Translations under genes and position numbers: made by a program | The notes under the pieces: generated by a model | The model's database searches: none | Told to the model about the DNA's origin: nothing | Seen by the model: only the letters and a program-made list of their open reading frames with translations | Shown here: positions 26,901 through 41,500 of the stretch, one piece after another | How positions within the stretch are numbered: the first letter of the stretch is position 1 | Layout of the letters: each line of letters opens with the position of its first letter | Assembly: GCF_009914755.1 (NCBI RefSeq) | Contig: NC_060933.1 | DNA length: 64,000 nt | Direction: 5' to 3' (one strand) | Source of the DNA: the human T2T-CHM13v2.0 reference genome, Homo sapiens

Positions 26901-29900
26901 GCAATCCATTCCATTCCATACCATTCCATTCCATTCCCTTCCATTCCATTCCATTCCATTCCGTTCCATTCCTTTCCATTCCATTCCATTCCATTCTATT
27001 CGGGTTAATTCCATTCCATTCCATTGCATTCCATTCTATTCCATTCCATTGCAATCGAGTTGAATCCATTGCATTTCATTCCATTCCATTCCATTCCATT
27101 CCGGAAGATTCCATTCCATTGCATTCCATTCCATTCCATTCCCCTGCACTCGCGTTGATTCCATTCCGTTCCATTCCATTCCATTCCATTCCATTCCGTT
27201 CCTTTCCGTTCCATTCCATTCCATTCTATTCGTTTTAATTCCATTCCATTCCATTCGATTGCAATCGTGTTGATTCCATTCCATTCCATTCCATTCCATT
27301 CCATTCCATTCCTTTCCATTCCATTACGGATGATTCCATTCCATTGCATTCCATTCCATTCCATTCCCCTGTAGTCGGGTTGATTCCATTCCATTGCATT
27401 CCAATCCATGCCCTTCCACTCGTGTTGATTCCATTCTTTCCATTCCATTCAAGTTGAATCCATTCCATTGCATTCCATTCCATTCGATTCCATTCGATTG
27501 CACTCGGGTTGATTCCATTCCATTGCATTCCATTCCATTCCATTCCATTCCATTCCATTCCGTTTCATTCCATTCCATTACATTCGGATTGATTCTATTC
27601 AATTCCCTTACACTCCATTACATTCCATTCCATTCGGGTAGTTTCCATTCCATTCCATTCCATTCCTCTCCATTCCATTGCACTCGGGTTGATTCCATTC
27701 CATTGCATTCCATTCCATTCCATTCAATTCCATTCCGTTGCATTCCATTCCATTACATTCGGATTGATTCTATTCAACTCCCTTACTCTCCATTACATTC
27801 CATTCCATTCGGGTTGTTCCATTCCATTCCATTCCATTCCACTCCATTCCATTGCACTCGTGTTGATTTCATTCCATTCCATTCCATTCCATTCCATTCC
27901 GGATGATTCCATTCCATTGCATTCCGTTCCATTACATTCCCCTGCACTCGCGTTGATTCCATTCCATTCCATTCCATTCCATTCAATTCCATTCCATTAC
28001 AATTCGTTCCATTCCATTCTATTCCGTACCATTCCATTCCATTCCATACCATTCCATTCCACTCCATTCCATTCCATTCCGTTCCATTCCGTTCCATTCC
28101 ATTCCATTCCATTCTATTCGGATTAATTCCATTCCATTCCATTCCATTCCATTCTATTCCATTCCATTGCAATCGGGTTGAATCCATTGCATTTCATTCC
28201 ATTCCATTCCATTCCATTCCATTCCGGAATATTCCATTCCATTGCATTCCATTCCATTCCATTCCCCTGCACTCGCGTTGATTCCATTCCATTCCATTCC
28301 ATTCCGTTCCGTTCCATTGCATTCCATTCCATTCCATTCCGTTCTGTTCCATTCCATTCCATTCTATTCTCTTCGGGTTAATTCCATTCCATTCCATTCG
28401 ATTGCAATCGAGTTGATTCCATTCCATTCCATTCCATTCCATTCCATTCCATTCCATTCCATTCCTTTCAATTCCATTACGGATGATTCCATTCCATTGC
28501 ATTCCATTCCATTCCATTCCCCTGTACTCGGGTTGATTCCATTCCATTCCATTCCAATCCATGCCATTCCACTCGTGTTGTTTCCATTCTTTCCATTCCA
28601 TTCAAGTTGTTTCCATTCCATTGCATTCCATTCCATTCGATTCCATTCGATTGCACTCGGGTTGATTCCATTCCATAGCATTCCATTCCATTCCATTCCA
28701 TTCCATTCCATTCCATTCCATTGCATTCGGATTGATTCTATTCAATTCCCTTACACTCCATTACATTCCATTCCATTCGGGTACTTTCCACTCCATTCCA
28801 TTCCATTCCTCTCCATTCCATTGCACTTGGGTTGATTCCATTCCATTGCATTCCATTCCATTCCATTCAATTCCATTCCGTTCCATTCCATTCCATTACA
28901 TTCGGATTGATTCTATTCAACTCCCTTACTCTCCATTACATTCGATTCCATTCGGGTTGTTCCATTCCATTCCATTCCATTCTACTCCATTCCATTGCAC
29001 TCGGGTTGATTCCTTTCCATTCCATTCCACTCCATTCCGGAAGATTCCATTCCATTACATTCCATTACATTCCATTCCCCTGCACTCGCGGTGATTCCAT
29101 TCCATTCCATTCCATTCCATTCCATTCCATTCCATTCCTTTCCGTTCCATTCCATTCCATTCCATTCCATTCCATTCCATTCCATTCCGTTCCGTTCTGT
29201 TCCATTCCATTCCATTCCATTCTATTCGGGTTAATTACATTCCATTCCATTCGATTGCAATCGAGTTGATTCCAATCCATTCCATTCCATACCATTCCAT
29301 TCCATTCCATTCCATTCCATTCCATTCCATTCCATTCCATTCCGTTCCATTCCGTTCCATTCCATTCCATTCCATTCTATTCGGGTTAATTCCATTCCAT
29401 TCCATTGCATTCCATTCTATTCCATTCCATTGCAATCGAGTTGAATCCATTGCATTTCATTCCATTCCATTCCATTCCATTCCGGAAGATTCCATTCCAT
29501 TGCATTCCATTCCATTCCATTCCCCTGCACTCGCGTTGATTCCATTCCGTTCCATTCCATTCCATTCCATTCCATTCCGTTCCTTTCCGTTCCATTCCAT
29601 TCCATTCTATTCGGGTTAATTCCATTCCATTCCATTCGATTGCAATCGTGTTGATTCCATTCCATTCCATTCCATTCCATTCCATTCCATTCCATTCCTT
29701 TCCATTCCATTACGGATGATTCCATTCCATTGCATTCCATTCCATTCCATTCCCCTGTACTCGGGTTGATTCCATTCCATTGCATTCCAATCCATGCCCT
29801 TCCACTCGTGTTGATTCCATTCTTTCCATTCCATTCAAGTTGAATCCATTCCATTGCATTCCATTCCATTCGATTCCATTCGATTGCACTCGGGTTGATT

Positions 29901-31150
29901 CCATTCCATTGCATTCCATTCCATTCCATTCCATTCCATTCCATTCCGTTTCATTCCATTCCGTTACATTCGGATTGATTCTATTCAATTCCCTTACACT
30001 CCATTACATTCCATTCCATTCGGGTAGTTTCCATTCCATTCCATTCCATTCCTCTCCATTCCATTGCACTCGGGTTGATTCCATTCCATTGCATTCCATT
30101 CCATTCCTTTCAATTCCATTCCGTTCCATTCCATTCCATTACATTCGGATTGATTCTATTCAACTCCCTTACTCTCCATTACATTCGATTCCATTCGGGT
30201 TGTTCCATTCCATTCCATTCCATTCTACTCCATTCCATTGCACTCGGGTTGATTCCTTTCCATTCCATTCCATTCCGGAAGATTCCATTCCATTACATTC
30301 CATTACATTCCATTCCCCTGCACTCGCGTTGATTCCATTCCATTCCATTCCATTCCATTCCATTCCATTCCTTTCCGTTCCATTCCATTCCATTCCATTC
30401 CATTCCATTCCGTTCCGTTCTGTTCCATTCCATTCCATTCCATTCTATTCGGGTTAATTGCATTCCATTCCATTCGATTGCAATCGAGTTGATTCCAATC
30501 CATTCCATTCCATTCCATTCCATTCCATTCCATTCCATTCCATTCCATTAAATTCCATTCCGTTCCATTCCGTTCCATTCCATTCCATTCCATTCTATTC
30601 GGGTTAATTCCATTCCATTCCATTGCATTCCATTCTATTCCATTCCATTGCAATCGAGTTGAATCCATTGCATTTCATTCCATTCCATTCCATTCCATTC
30701 CGGAAGATTCCATTCCATTGCATTCCATTCCATTCCATTCCCCTGCACTCGCGTTGATTCCATTCCGTTCCATTCCATTCCATTCCATTCCATTCCGTTC
30801 CTTTCCGTTCCATTCCATTCCAGTCTATTCGTTTTAATTCCATTCCATTCCATTCGATTGCAATCGTGTTGATTCCATTCCATTCCATTCCATTCCATTC
30901 CATTCCATTCCTTTCCATTCCATTACGGATGATTCCATTCCATTGCATTCCATTCCATTCCATTCCCCTGTACTCGGGTTGATTCCATTCCATTGCATTC
31001 CAATCCATGCCCTTCCACTCGTGTTGATTCCATTCTTTCCATTCCATTCAATTTGAATCCATTCCATTGCATTCCATTCCATTCGATTCCATTCGATTGC
31101 ACTCGGGTTGATTCCATTCCATTGCATTCCATTCCATTCCATTCCATTCC
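24000..31150 (+). repeat. Tandem ~3.6-kb duplication (24.0-27.56 kb / 27.56-31.15 kb), each copy with an internal ~1.2-kb tandem repeat
   Basis: Private variants GGGTACTTTCC 25200/28779 and CGTTTTAATT 27231/30830. ORF pairs 24585/28154, 25667/29266, 26181/29780, 27394/30993; internal pairs 26181/27394 and 29780/30993 (1213 bp). Confidence 0.88.
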
Positions 31151-34100
31151 ATTCCATTCCATTCCATTCCGTTCCATTCCATTCCATTACATTCGGATTG
31201 ATTCTATTCATCTCCCTTAGTCTCCATTACATTCCATTCCATTCGGGTTGTTCCATTCCATTCCATTCCATTCCACTCCATTACACTGCACTCGGGTTGA
31301 TTCCATTCCATTCCATTCCATTCCATTCCATTCCATTCCGGAAGATTCCATTCCATTGCATTCCATTCCATTACATTCCCCTGCACTCGCGTTGATTCCA
31401 TTCCATTCCATTCCATTCCATTCCATTCCATTCCATTCCATTCCTTTCCGTTCCATTCCATTCCATTCCATTCCATTCCGTTCCGTTGCGTTCCATTCCA
31501 TTCCATTCCATTCTATTCGGGTTAATTCCATTCCATTCCATTCGATTGCAATCGAGTTGATTGCATTCCATTCCATTCCATTCCATTCCATTCCATTCCA
31601 TTCCATTCCTTTCCATTCCATTACTGATGATTACATTCCATTGCATTCCATTCCATTCCATTCCCCTGTACTCGGGTTGATTCCATTCCATTCCATTCCA
31701 ATCCATGCCATTCCACTCGTGTTGATTCCATTCTTTCCATTCCATTCAAGTTGAATCCATTCCATTGCATTCCATTCCATTCCATTCCCCTGCAGTCGGG
31801 TTGATTCCATTCCATTCCATTCCATTCCATTCCATTCCATTCCATTCCATTCCGTTCCGTTCCGTTCCATTGCATTCCATTCCTTTCTACTCGGGTTAAT
31901 TCCATTCCATTCCATTCCATTCCATTCCATTCCAATCGAGTTGATTCCATTCCATTCCATTCCATTCCATTCCATTCCACTCCACTCCATTCCAGTCCTT
32001 TCCATTCCATTCCACTCGGGTTGATTCCAATGTATTCCTTTCCATTCCATTCCATTCCATTGCAATCGAGTTGATTCCATTGCTTTGCATTCCATTCCAT
32101 TCCATTCCATTCCGGATGATTCCATTCCATTGCATTCCATTCCATTCCATTCCCCTGCACTCGGGTTGATTCCATTCCATTCCACTCCATTCCGTTCCAT
32201 TCCATTCCATTCCATTGTATTCGGGTTAATTCCATTCCATTCCATTCCATTCCATTCCATTACAATCGAGTTGATTCCATTCCATTCCATTCCATTCCAG
32301 TCCTTTCCATTCCATTCCACTCGGGTTGATTCCATTCTATTAGTTTCCATTCCATTCCATTCCCTTCCATTCCGGATGATTCCATTCCATTGCATTCCGT
32401 TCCATTACATTCCCCTGCACTCGCGTTGATTCCATTCCATTCCATTCCATTCCATTCAATTCCATTCCATTACAATTCGTTCCATTCCATTCTATTCCGT
32501 ACCATTCCATTCCATTCCATACCATTCCATTCCATTCCTTTCCATTCCATTCCATTCCATTCCGTTCCATTCCTTTCCATTCCATTCCATTCCATTCTAT
32601 TCGGGTTAATTCCATTCCATTCCATTCCATTCCATTCTATTCCATTCCATTGCAGTCGAGTTGAATCCATTGCATTTCATTCCATTCCATTCCATTCCAT
32701 TCCGGAAGATTCCATTCCATTGCATTCCATTCCATTCCATTCCACTGCACTGGCGTTGATTCCATTCCGTTACATTCCATTCCATTCCATTCCATTCCGT
32801 TCCGTTCCGTTCCGTTCCATTCCATTCCATTCCATTCCGTTCCGTTCCATTCCATTCCATTCCATTCTATTCTGGTTAATATCATTCCATTCCACTCGAT
32901 TGCAATCGTGTTGATTCCATTCCATTCCATTCCATTCCATTCCATTCCATTCCATTCCTTTCCATTACGGATGATTCCATTCCATTGCATTCCATTCCAT
33001 TCCATTCCCCTGTACTCGGGTTGATTCCATTCCATTGCATTCCAATCCATGCCCTTCCACTCGTGTTGATTCCATTCTTTCCATTCCATTCAAGTTGAAT
33101 CCATTCCATTGCATTCCATTCCATTCGATTCCATTCGATTGCACTCGGGTTGATTCCATTCCATTGCATTCCATTCCATTCCATTCCATTCCATTCCATT
33201 CCGTTCCATTCCATTGCATTACATTCGGATTGATTCTATTCAATTCCCTTACACTCCATTACATTCCATTCCATTCGGGTAGTTTCCATTCCATTCCATT
33301 CCATTCCATTCCATTCCATTCCATTGTACTCGGGTTGATTCCATTCCATTGCATTCCATTCCATTCCATTCCATTCCATTCCATTCCGTTGCATTCCATT
33401 CCATTACATTCGGATTGATTCTATTCAACTCCCTTACTCTCCATTCCATTCCATTCCATTCGGGTTGTTCCATTCCATTCCATTCCATTCCACTCCATTC
33501 CATTGCACTCGGGTTGATTCCATTCCATTCCATTCCATTCCATTCCATTCCATTCCATTCCATTCCGGAAGATTCCATTCCATTGCATTCCATTCCATTC
33601 CATTCCCCTGCACTCGCGTTGATTCCATTCCAATCCATTCCATTCCATTCCATTCCATTCCATTCCATTCCATTCCATTCCATTCCTTTCCATTCCATTC
33701 CATTCCATTCCATTCCATTCCGTTCCGTTCCGTTCCGTTCCATTCCATTCCATTCCATTCTATTCGGCTTAATTCCATTCCATTCCATTCGATTGCAATC
33801 GAGTTGATTCCATTCCATTCCATTCCATTCCATTCCATTCCATTCCATTCCATTCCATTCCTTTCCATTCCATTACGGATGATTCCATTCCATTGCATTC
33901 CATTCCATTCCATTCCCCTGTACTCGGGTTGATTCCATTCCATTCCATTCCAATCCATGCCATTCCACTCGTGTTGATTCCATTCTTTCCATTCCATTCA
34001 AGTTGAATCCATTCCATTGCATTCCATTCCATTCCATTCCCCTGCAGTCGGGTTGATTCCATTCCATTCGATTCCATTCCATTCCATTCCATTCCATTCC

Positions 34101-37100
34101 GTTCCGTTCCGTTCCACTGCATTCCATTCCTTTCTACTCGGGATAATTCCATTCCATTCCATTCCATTCCATTCCATTCCAATCGAGTTGATTCCATTCC
34201 ATTCCATTCCATTCCATTCCATTCCATTCCATTCCAGTCCTTTCCATTCCATTCCACTCGGGTTGATTCCATTCTATTAGTTTCCATTCCATTCCATTCC
34301 CTTCCATTCCACTCTGGTTGATTCCATTCCTTTCCATTCCACTCGAATACATTCCCTCCTATTCCACTCAGAACGATTCCATTCCATTCCATTCCATTCC
34401 ATTCCATTCCATTCCATTCCATTTCGTTCCATTCCATTCTATTCCGTATCATTCCATTCCATTCCATTCCATTCCATTCCATTCCATTCCATTGTACTCG
34501 GGTTGATTCCACTCCATTGCATTCCATTCCATTCTATTCCATTCCATTCCGTTGCATTCCATTCCATTACATTCGGATTGATTCTATTCAACTCCCTTAC
34601 TCTCCATTACATTCCATTCCATTCGGGTTGTTCCATTCCATTCCATTTCATTCCACTCCATTCCATTGCACTCGTGTTGATTCCATTCCATTCCATTCCA
34701 TTCCATTCCATTCCGGATGATTCCATTCCATTGCATTCCGTTCCATTACATTCCCCTGCACTCGCGTTGATTCCATTCCATTCCATTCCATTCCATTCAA
34801 TTCCATTCCATTACAATTCGTTCCATTCCATTCTATTCCGTACCATTCCATTTCATTCCATTCCATTCCATTCCATTCCATTCCATTCCATTCCATTCCG
34901 TTCCATTCCGTTCCATTCCATTCCATTCCATTCTATTCGGTTTAATCCCATTCCATTCCATTCCTTTCCATTCTATTCCATTCCATTGCAATCGAGTTGA
35001 ATCCATTGCATTCCATTCCATTCCATTCCATTCCATTCCGGAAGATTCCATTCCATTGCATTCCAATCCATGCCATTCCCCTGCACTCGCGTTGATTCCA
35101 TTCCATTCCATTCCATTCCATTCTATTCCATTCCATTCCATTCCTTTCTGTTCCGTTCCATTCCATTCCATTCCATTCCATTCCATTCCATTCCATTCTA
35201 TTCGGGTTAATTCCATTCCATTCCATTCGATTGCAATCGTGTTGATTCCATTCCATTCCATTCCATTCCATTCCATTCCATTCCTTTCCATTCCATTACG
35301 GATGATTCCATTCCATTGCATTCCATTCCATTCCATTCCCCTGTACTCGGGTTGATTCCATTCCATTGCATTCCAATCCATGCCCTTCCACTCGTGTTGA
35401 TTCCATTCTTTCCATTCCATTCAAGTTGAATCCATTCCATTGTATTCCATTCCATTCGATTCCATTCGTTTGCACTCGGGTTGATTCCATTCCATTGCAT
35501 TCCATTCCATTCCATTCCATTCCATTCCATTCCATTCCGTTCCATTCCATTCCATTACATTCGGTTTGATTCTATTCAATTCCCTTACACTCCATTACAC
35601 TCCATTCCATTCGGGTAGTTTCCATTCCATTCCATTCCATTCCTCTCCATTCCATTGCACTCGGGTTGATTCCATTCCATTGCATTCCATTCCATTCCAT
35701 TCAATTCCATTCCGTTCCATTCCATTCCATTACATTCGGATTGACTCTATTCAACTCCCTTACTCTCCATTACATTCCATTCCATTCGGGTTGTTCCATT
35801 CCATTCCATTCCATTCCACTCCATTCCATTGCACTCGGGTTTATTCCATTCCATTCCATTCCATTCCATTCCATTCCATTCCGGAAGATTCCATTCCATT
35901 GCATTCCATTCCATTCCATTCCCCTGCACTCGCGTTGATTCCATTCCATTCCATTCCATTCCATTCCATTCCATTCCATTCCATTCCATTCCATTCCATT
36001 CCTTTCCGTTCCATTCCATTCGATTCCATTCCATTCCATTCCATTCCGTTCCGTTCCATTCCATTGCATTCCATTCTATTCGGGTTAATTCGATTCCATT
36101 CCATTCGATTGCAATCGAGTTGATTCCATTCCATTCCATTCCATTCCATTCCATTCCATTCCTTTCCATTCCATTACGGATGATTCCATTCCATTGCATT
36201 CCATTCCATTCCATTCCCCTGTACTCGGGTTGATTCCATTCCATTCCATTCCAATCCATGCCATTCCACTCTTGTTGATTCCATTCTTTCCATTCCATTC
36301 AAGTTGAATCCATTCCATTGCATTCCATTCCATTCCATTCCCCTGCAGTCGGGTTGATTCCATTCCATTCCATTCCATTCCATTCCATTCCATTCCGTTC
36401 CGTTCCTTTCCGTTCCATTCCATTCCATTCTATTCGGGTTAATTCCATTCCATTCCATTCCATTCCATTCCATTCCATTCCAATCGAGTTGATTCCATTC
36501 CATTCCATTCCATTCCATTCCACTCCATTCCAGTCCTTTCCATTCCATTCCACTCGGGTTGATTCCAATGTATTCCTTTCCATTCCATTGCATTCCATTG
36601 CAATCGAGTTGATTCCATTGCTTTGCATTCTATTCCATTCCATTCCATTCCGGATCATTCCATTCCATTGCATTCCATTCCATTCCATTCCCCTGCACTC
36701 GGGTTGATTCCATTCCATTCCACTCCATTCCGTTCCATTCCATTCCATTCCATTGTATTCGGGTTAATTCCATTCCATTCCATTCCATTCCTTTCCAGTC
36801 CTTTCCATTCCATTCCACTCTGGTTGATTCCATTCTATTAGTTTCCATTCCATTCCATTCCCTTCCATTCCACTCTGGTTGATTAAATTCCTTTCCATTC
36901 CACTCGAATACATTCCCTCCTATTCCACTCGGAACGATTCCATTCCAATCCATTCCATTCCATTCCATTCCATTCCATTCCATTCCATTTCGTTCCATTC
37001 CATTCTATTCCGTATCCTTCCATTCCATTCCGTTCCATTCCATTCCATTCCATTCCACTCGTGTTGATTCCATTCCTTTCCATTCCATTCCGTTTGAAGG

Positions 37101-38599
37101 CATTCCATTCCATTCCATTCCATTCCATTGCATTCCATTCCATTCCATTCCATTGTACTCGGGTTGATTCCATTCCATTGCATTCCGTTCCATTCCATTC
37201 CATTCCATTCCATTCCGTTGCATTCCATTCCATTACATTCGGATTGATTCTTTTCAACTCCCTTACTCTCCATTACATTCCATTCCATTCGGGTTGTTCC
37301 ATTCCATTCCATTCAATTCCACTCCATTCCATTGCACTCGGGTTGATTCCATTCCATTCCATTCCATTCCATTCCGGATGATTCCATTCCATTGCATTCC
37401 GTTCCATTACATTCCCCTGCACTCGCGTTGATTCCATTCCATTCTATTCAATTCCATTCCATTACAATTCGTTCCATTCCATTCTATTTCGTACCATTCC
37501 TTTCCATTCCATACGATTCCATTCCATTCCATTCCATTCCATTCCGTTCCATTCCGTTCCATTGCATTCCATTCCATTCTATTCGGGTTAATTCCATTCC
37601 ATTCAATTCCATTCCATTCCATTCCATTACAAACGAGTTGATTCCATTCCACTCCATTCCATTCCAGTCCTTTCCATTCCATTCCACTTGGGTTGATTCC
37701 ATTCTATTAGTTTCCATTCCATTCCATTCCCTTCCATTGTATTCGCGTTAATTCCATTCCATTCCATTCCATTCCATTCCATTCCATTCCATTACAAACA
37801 AGTTGATTCCATTCCATTCCATTCCATTCCAGTCCTTTCCATTCCATTCCACTCGGGTTGATTCCATTCTATTAGTTTCCATTCCATTCCATTCCCTTCC
37901 ATTCCACTCTGGTTGATTCCATTTCTTTCCATTCCACTCGAATACATTCCCTCCTATTCCACTCGGAACGATTCCATTCCGTTCCATTCCATTCCATTCC
38001 ATTCCATTCCATTGTACTCGGGTTGATTCCATTCCATTGCATTCCATTCGATTCCATTCCATTCCATTCCGTTGCATTCCATTCCATTACGTTCGGATTG
38101 ATTCTATTCAACTCCCTTACTCTCCATTACATTCCATTCCATTCGGGTTGTTCCATTCCATTCCATTCCATTCCATTCCACTCCATTCCATTGCACTCGG
38201 GTTGATTCCATTCCATTCCATTGCATTCCATTCCATTCTGGATGATTCCATTCCATTGCATTCCATTCCATTACATTCCCCTGCACTCACGTTGATTCCA
38301 TTCCATTCCATTCCATTCAATTCCATTCCATTACAATTCGTTCCATTCCATTCTATTCCGTACCATTCCATTCCATTCCATACCATTCCATTCCATTCCA
38401 TTCTATTCCGTTCCATTCCATTCCTTTCCGTTCCATTCCGTTCCATTCCATTCCATTCCATTCTATTCGATTAATTCCATTCCATTCCATTCCATTCCAT
38501 TCTATTCCATTCCATTGCAATCGAGTTGAATCCATTGCATTTCATTCCATTCCATTCCATTCCATTCCATTCCGGAAGTTTCCATTCCATTGCATTCCA

Positions 38600-41500
38600 T
38601 TCCATTCCATTCCATTCAATTCCATTCCGTTCCATTCCATTCCATTACATTCGGATTGATTCTATTCAACTCCCTTAGTCTCCAATACATTCCATTCCAT
38701 TCGTGCTGTTCCATTCCATTCCATTCCATTCCACTCCATTCCATTGCACTCGGGTTTATTCCATACCATTCAATTCCATTCCATTCAATTCCATTCCATT
38801 CTGGAAGATTCCATTCCATTGCATTCCATTCCATTCCATTCCCCTGCACTCGCGTTGATTCCATTCCATTCCATTCCATTCCATTCCATTCCGTTCCGTT
38901 CCATTCCATTCCATTCCATTCCATTCCATTCCGTTACGTTCCATTCCATTCCATTCCATTCTATTCGGGTTAATTCCATTCCATTCCATTCGACTGCAAT
39001 CTAGTTGATTGCATTCCATTCCATTCCATTCCATTCCATTCCATTCCATTCCATTCCATTCCTTTCCATTCCATTACGGATGATTCCATTCCATTGCATT
39101 CCATTCCATTCCATTCCCCTGTACTCGGGTTGATTCCATTCCATTCCATTCCAATCCATGCCATTCCACTCGTGTTGATTCCATTCTTTCCATTCCATTC
39201 AAGTTGAATCCATTCCATTGCATTCCATTCCATTCCATTCCCCTGCAGTCGGGTTGATTCCATTCCATTCCATTCCATTCCATTCCATTCCATTCCATTC
39301 CATTCCATTCCAATCAAGTTGATTCCATTCCATTCCATTCCATTGCATTCCATTCCATTCCACTCCATTCCAGTCCTTTCCATTCCATTCCACTCGGGTT
39401 GATTCCAATGTATTCCTTTCCATTCCATTCCATTCCATTGCAATCGAGTTGATTCCATTGCTTTGTATTCCATTCCATTCGATTCCATTCCGGATGATTC
39501 CATTCCATTGCATTCCATTCCATTCCATTCCCCTGCCCTTGGGTTGATTCCATTCCATTCCACTCCATTCCATTCCATTCCATTCCATTCCATTGTATTC
39601 GAGTTAATTCCATTCCATTCCATTCCATTCCATTCCATTCCATTCCATTCCACTCCATTACAATCGAGTTGATTCCATTCCATTCCATTCCATTCCAGTC
39701 CTTTCCATTCCATTCCACTCGGGTTGATTCCATTCTATTAGTTTCCATTCCATTCCATTCCCTTCCATTGTATTCGGGTTAATTCCATTCCATTCCATTC
39801 CATTCCATTCCATTCCATTACAAACGAGTTGATTCCATTCCATTCCATTCCATTCCAGTCCTTTCCATTCCATTCCACTCGGGTTGATTCCATTCTATTA
39901 GTTTCCATTCCATTCCATTCCCTTCCATTCCATTCTGGTTGATTCCATTCCTTTCCATTCCACTCGAATACATTCCCTCCTATTCCACTCGGAACGATTC
40001 CTTTCCATTCCATTCCATTCCTTTCCATTCAATTCCATTTCGTTCCATTCCATTCTATTCCGTATCATTCCATTCCATTCCATTCCATTCCATTCCATTC
40101 CACTCCATTGTACTCGGGTTGATTCCATTCCATTGCATTCCATTCCATTCCATTCCGTTGCATTCCATTCCATTACATTCGGATTGATTCTATTCAACTC
40201 CCTTACTCTCCATTACATTCCATTCCATTCGGGTTGTTCCATTCCATTCCATTCCATTCCACTCCATTCCATTGCACTCGTGTTGATTCCATTCCATTCC
40301 ATTCCATTCCGGATGATTCCATTCCATTTCATTGCGTTCCATTACATTCCCCTGCACTCGCGTTGATTCCATTCCATTCCATTCCATTCCATTCAATTCC
40401 ATTCCATTACAATTCGTTCCATTCCATTCTATTCCGTACCATTCCATTCCATTCCATACCATTCCATTCCATTCCATCCCATTCCATTCCGTTCCATTCC
40501 GTTCCATTCCATTCCATTCCATTCTATTCGGATTAATTCCATTCCATTCCATTTCATTCCATTCTATTCCATTCCATTGCAATCGAGTTGAATCCATTGC
40601 ATTTCATTCCATTCCATTCCATTCCATTCCATTCCGGAAGTTTCCATTCCATTGCATTCCATTCCATTCCATTCCCCTGCACTCGCGTGGATTCCATTCC
40701 ATTCCATTCCATTCCATTCCGTTCCGTTCCATTCCATTCCATTCCATTCCGTTCCGTTCCATTCCATTCCATTCCATTCTATTCGGGTTAATTCCATTCC
40801 ATTCCATTCGATTGCAATCGAGTTGATTCCATTCCATTCCATTCCATTCCATTCTATTCCATTACATTCCATTCCATTCCTTTCCATTCCATTACGGATG
40901 ATTCCATTCCATTGCATTCCATTCCATTCCATTCCCCTGTACTCGGGTTGATTCCATTCCATTCCATTCCAATCCATGCCATTCCACTCGTGTTGATTCC
41001 ATTCTTTCCATTCCATTCAAGTTGAATCCATTCCATTGCATTCCATTCCATTCGATTCCATTCGATTGCACTCGGGTTGAATCCATTCCATTGCATTCCA
41101 TTCCATTCCATTCCATTCCATTCCATTACATTCCATTCCATTACATTCGGATTGATTCTATTCAATTCCCTTACACCCCATTACATTCCATTCCATTCGG
41201 GTAGTTTCCATTCCATTCCATTCCATTCCTCTCCATTCCATTGCACTCGGGTTGATTCCATTCCATTGCATTCCATTCCATTCCATTCCATTCCATTGCG
41301 TTCCATTCCATTCCATTACATTCGGATTGATTCTATTCAACTCCCTTACTCTCCATTACATTCCATTCCATTCGGGTTGTTCCATTCCATTCCATTCCAT
41401 TCCACTCCATTCCATTGCACTCGGGTTGATTCCATTCCATTCCATTCCATTGCATTCCATTCCATTCCATTCCCCTGCACTCTCGTTGATTCCATTCCAT

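Noticed and set aside
24000-31150. DYZ1 (Yq12 HSat3) assignment because of the ~3.6-kb period
   Set aside because: The period is local (two copies only). The sequence is dominated by long pure CATTC runs with CAACCCGAGT terminators, unlike the more degenerate DYZ1 unit that repeats throughout its array.
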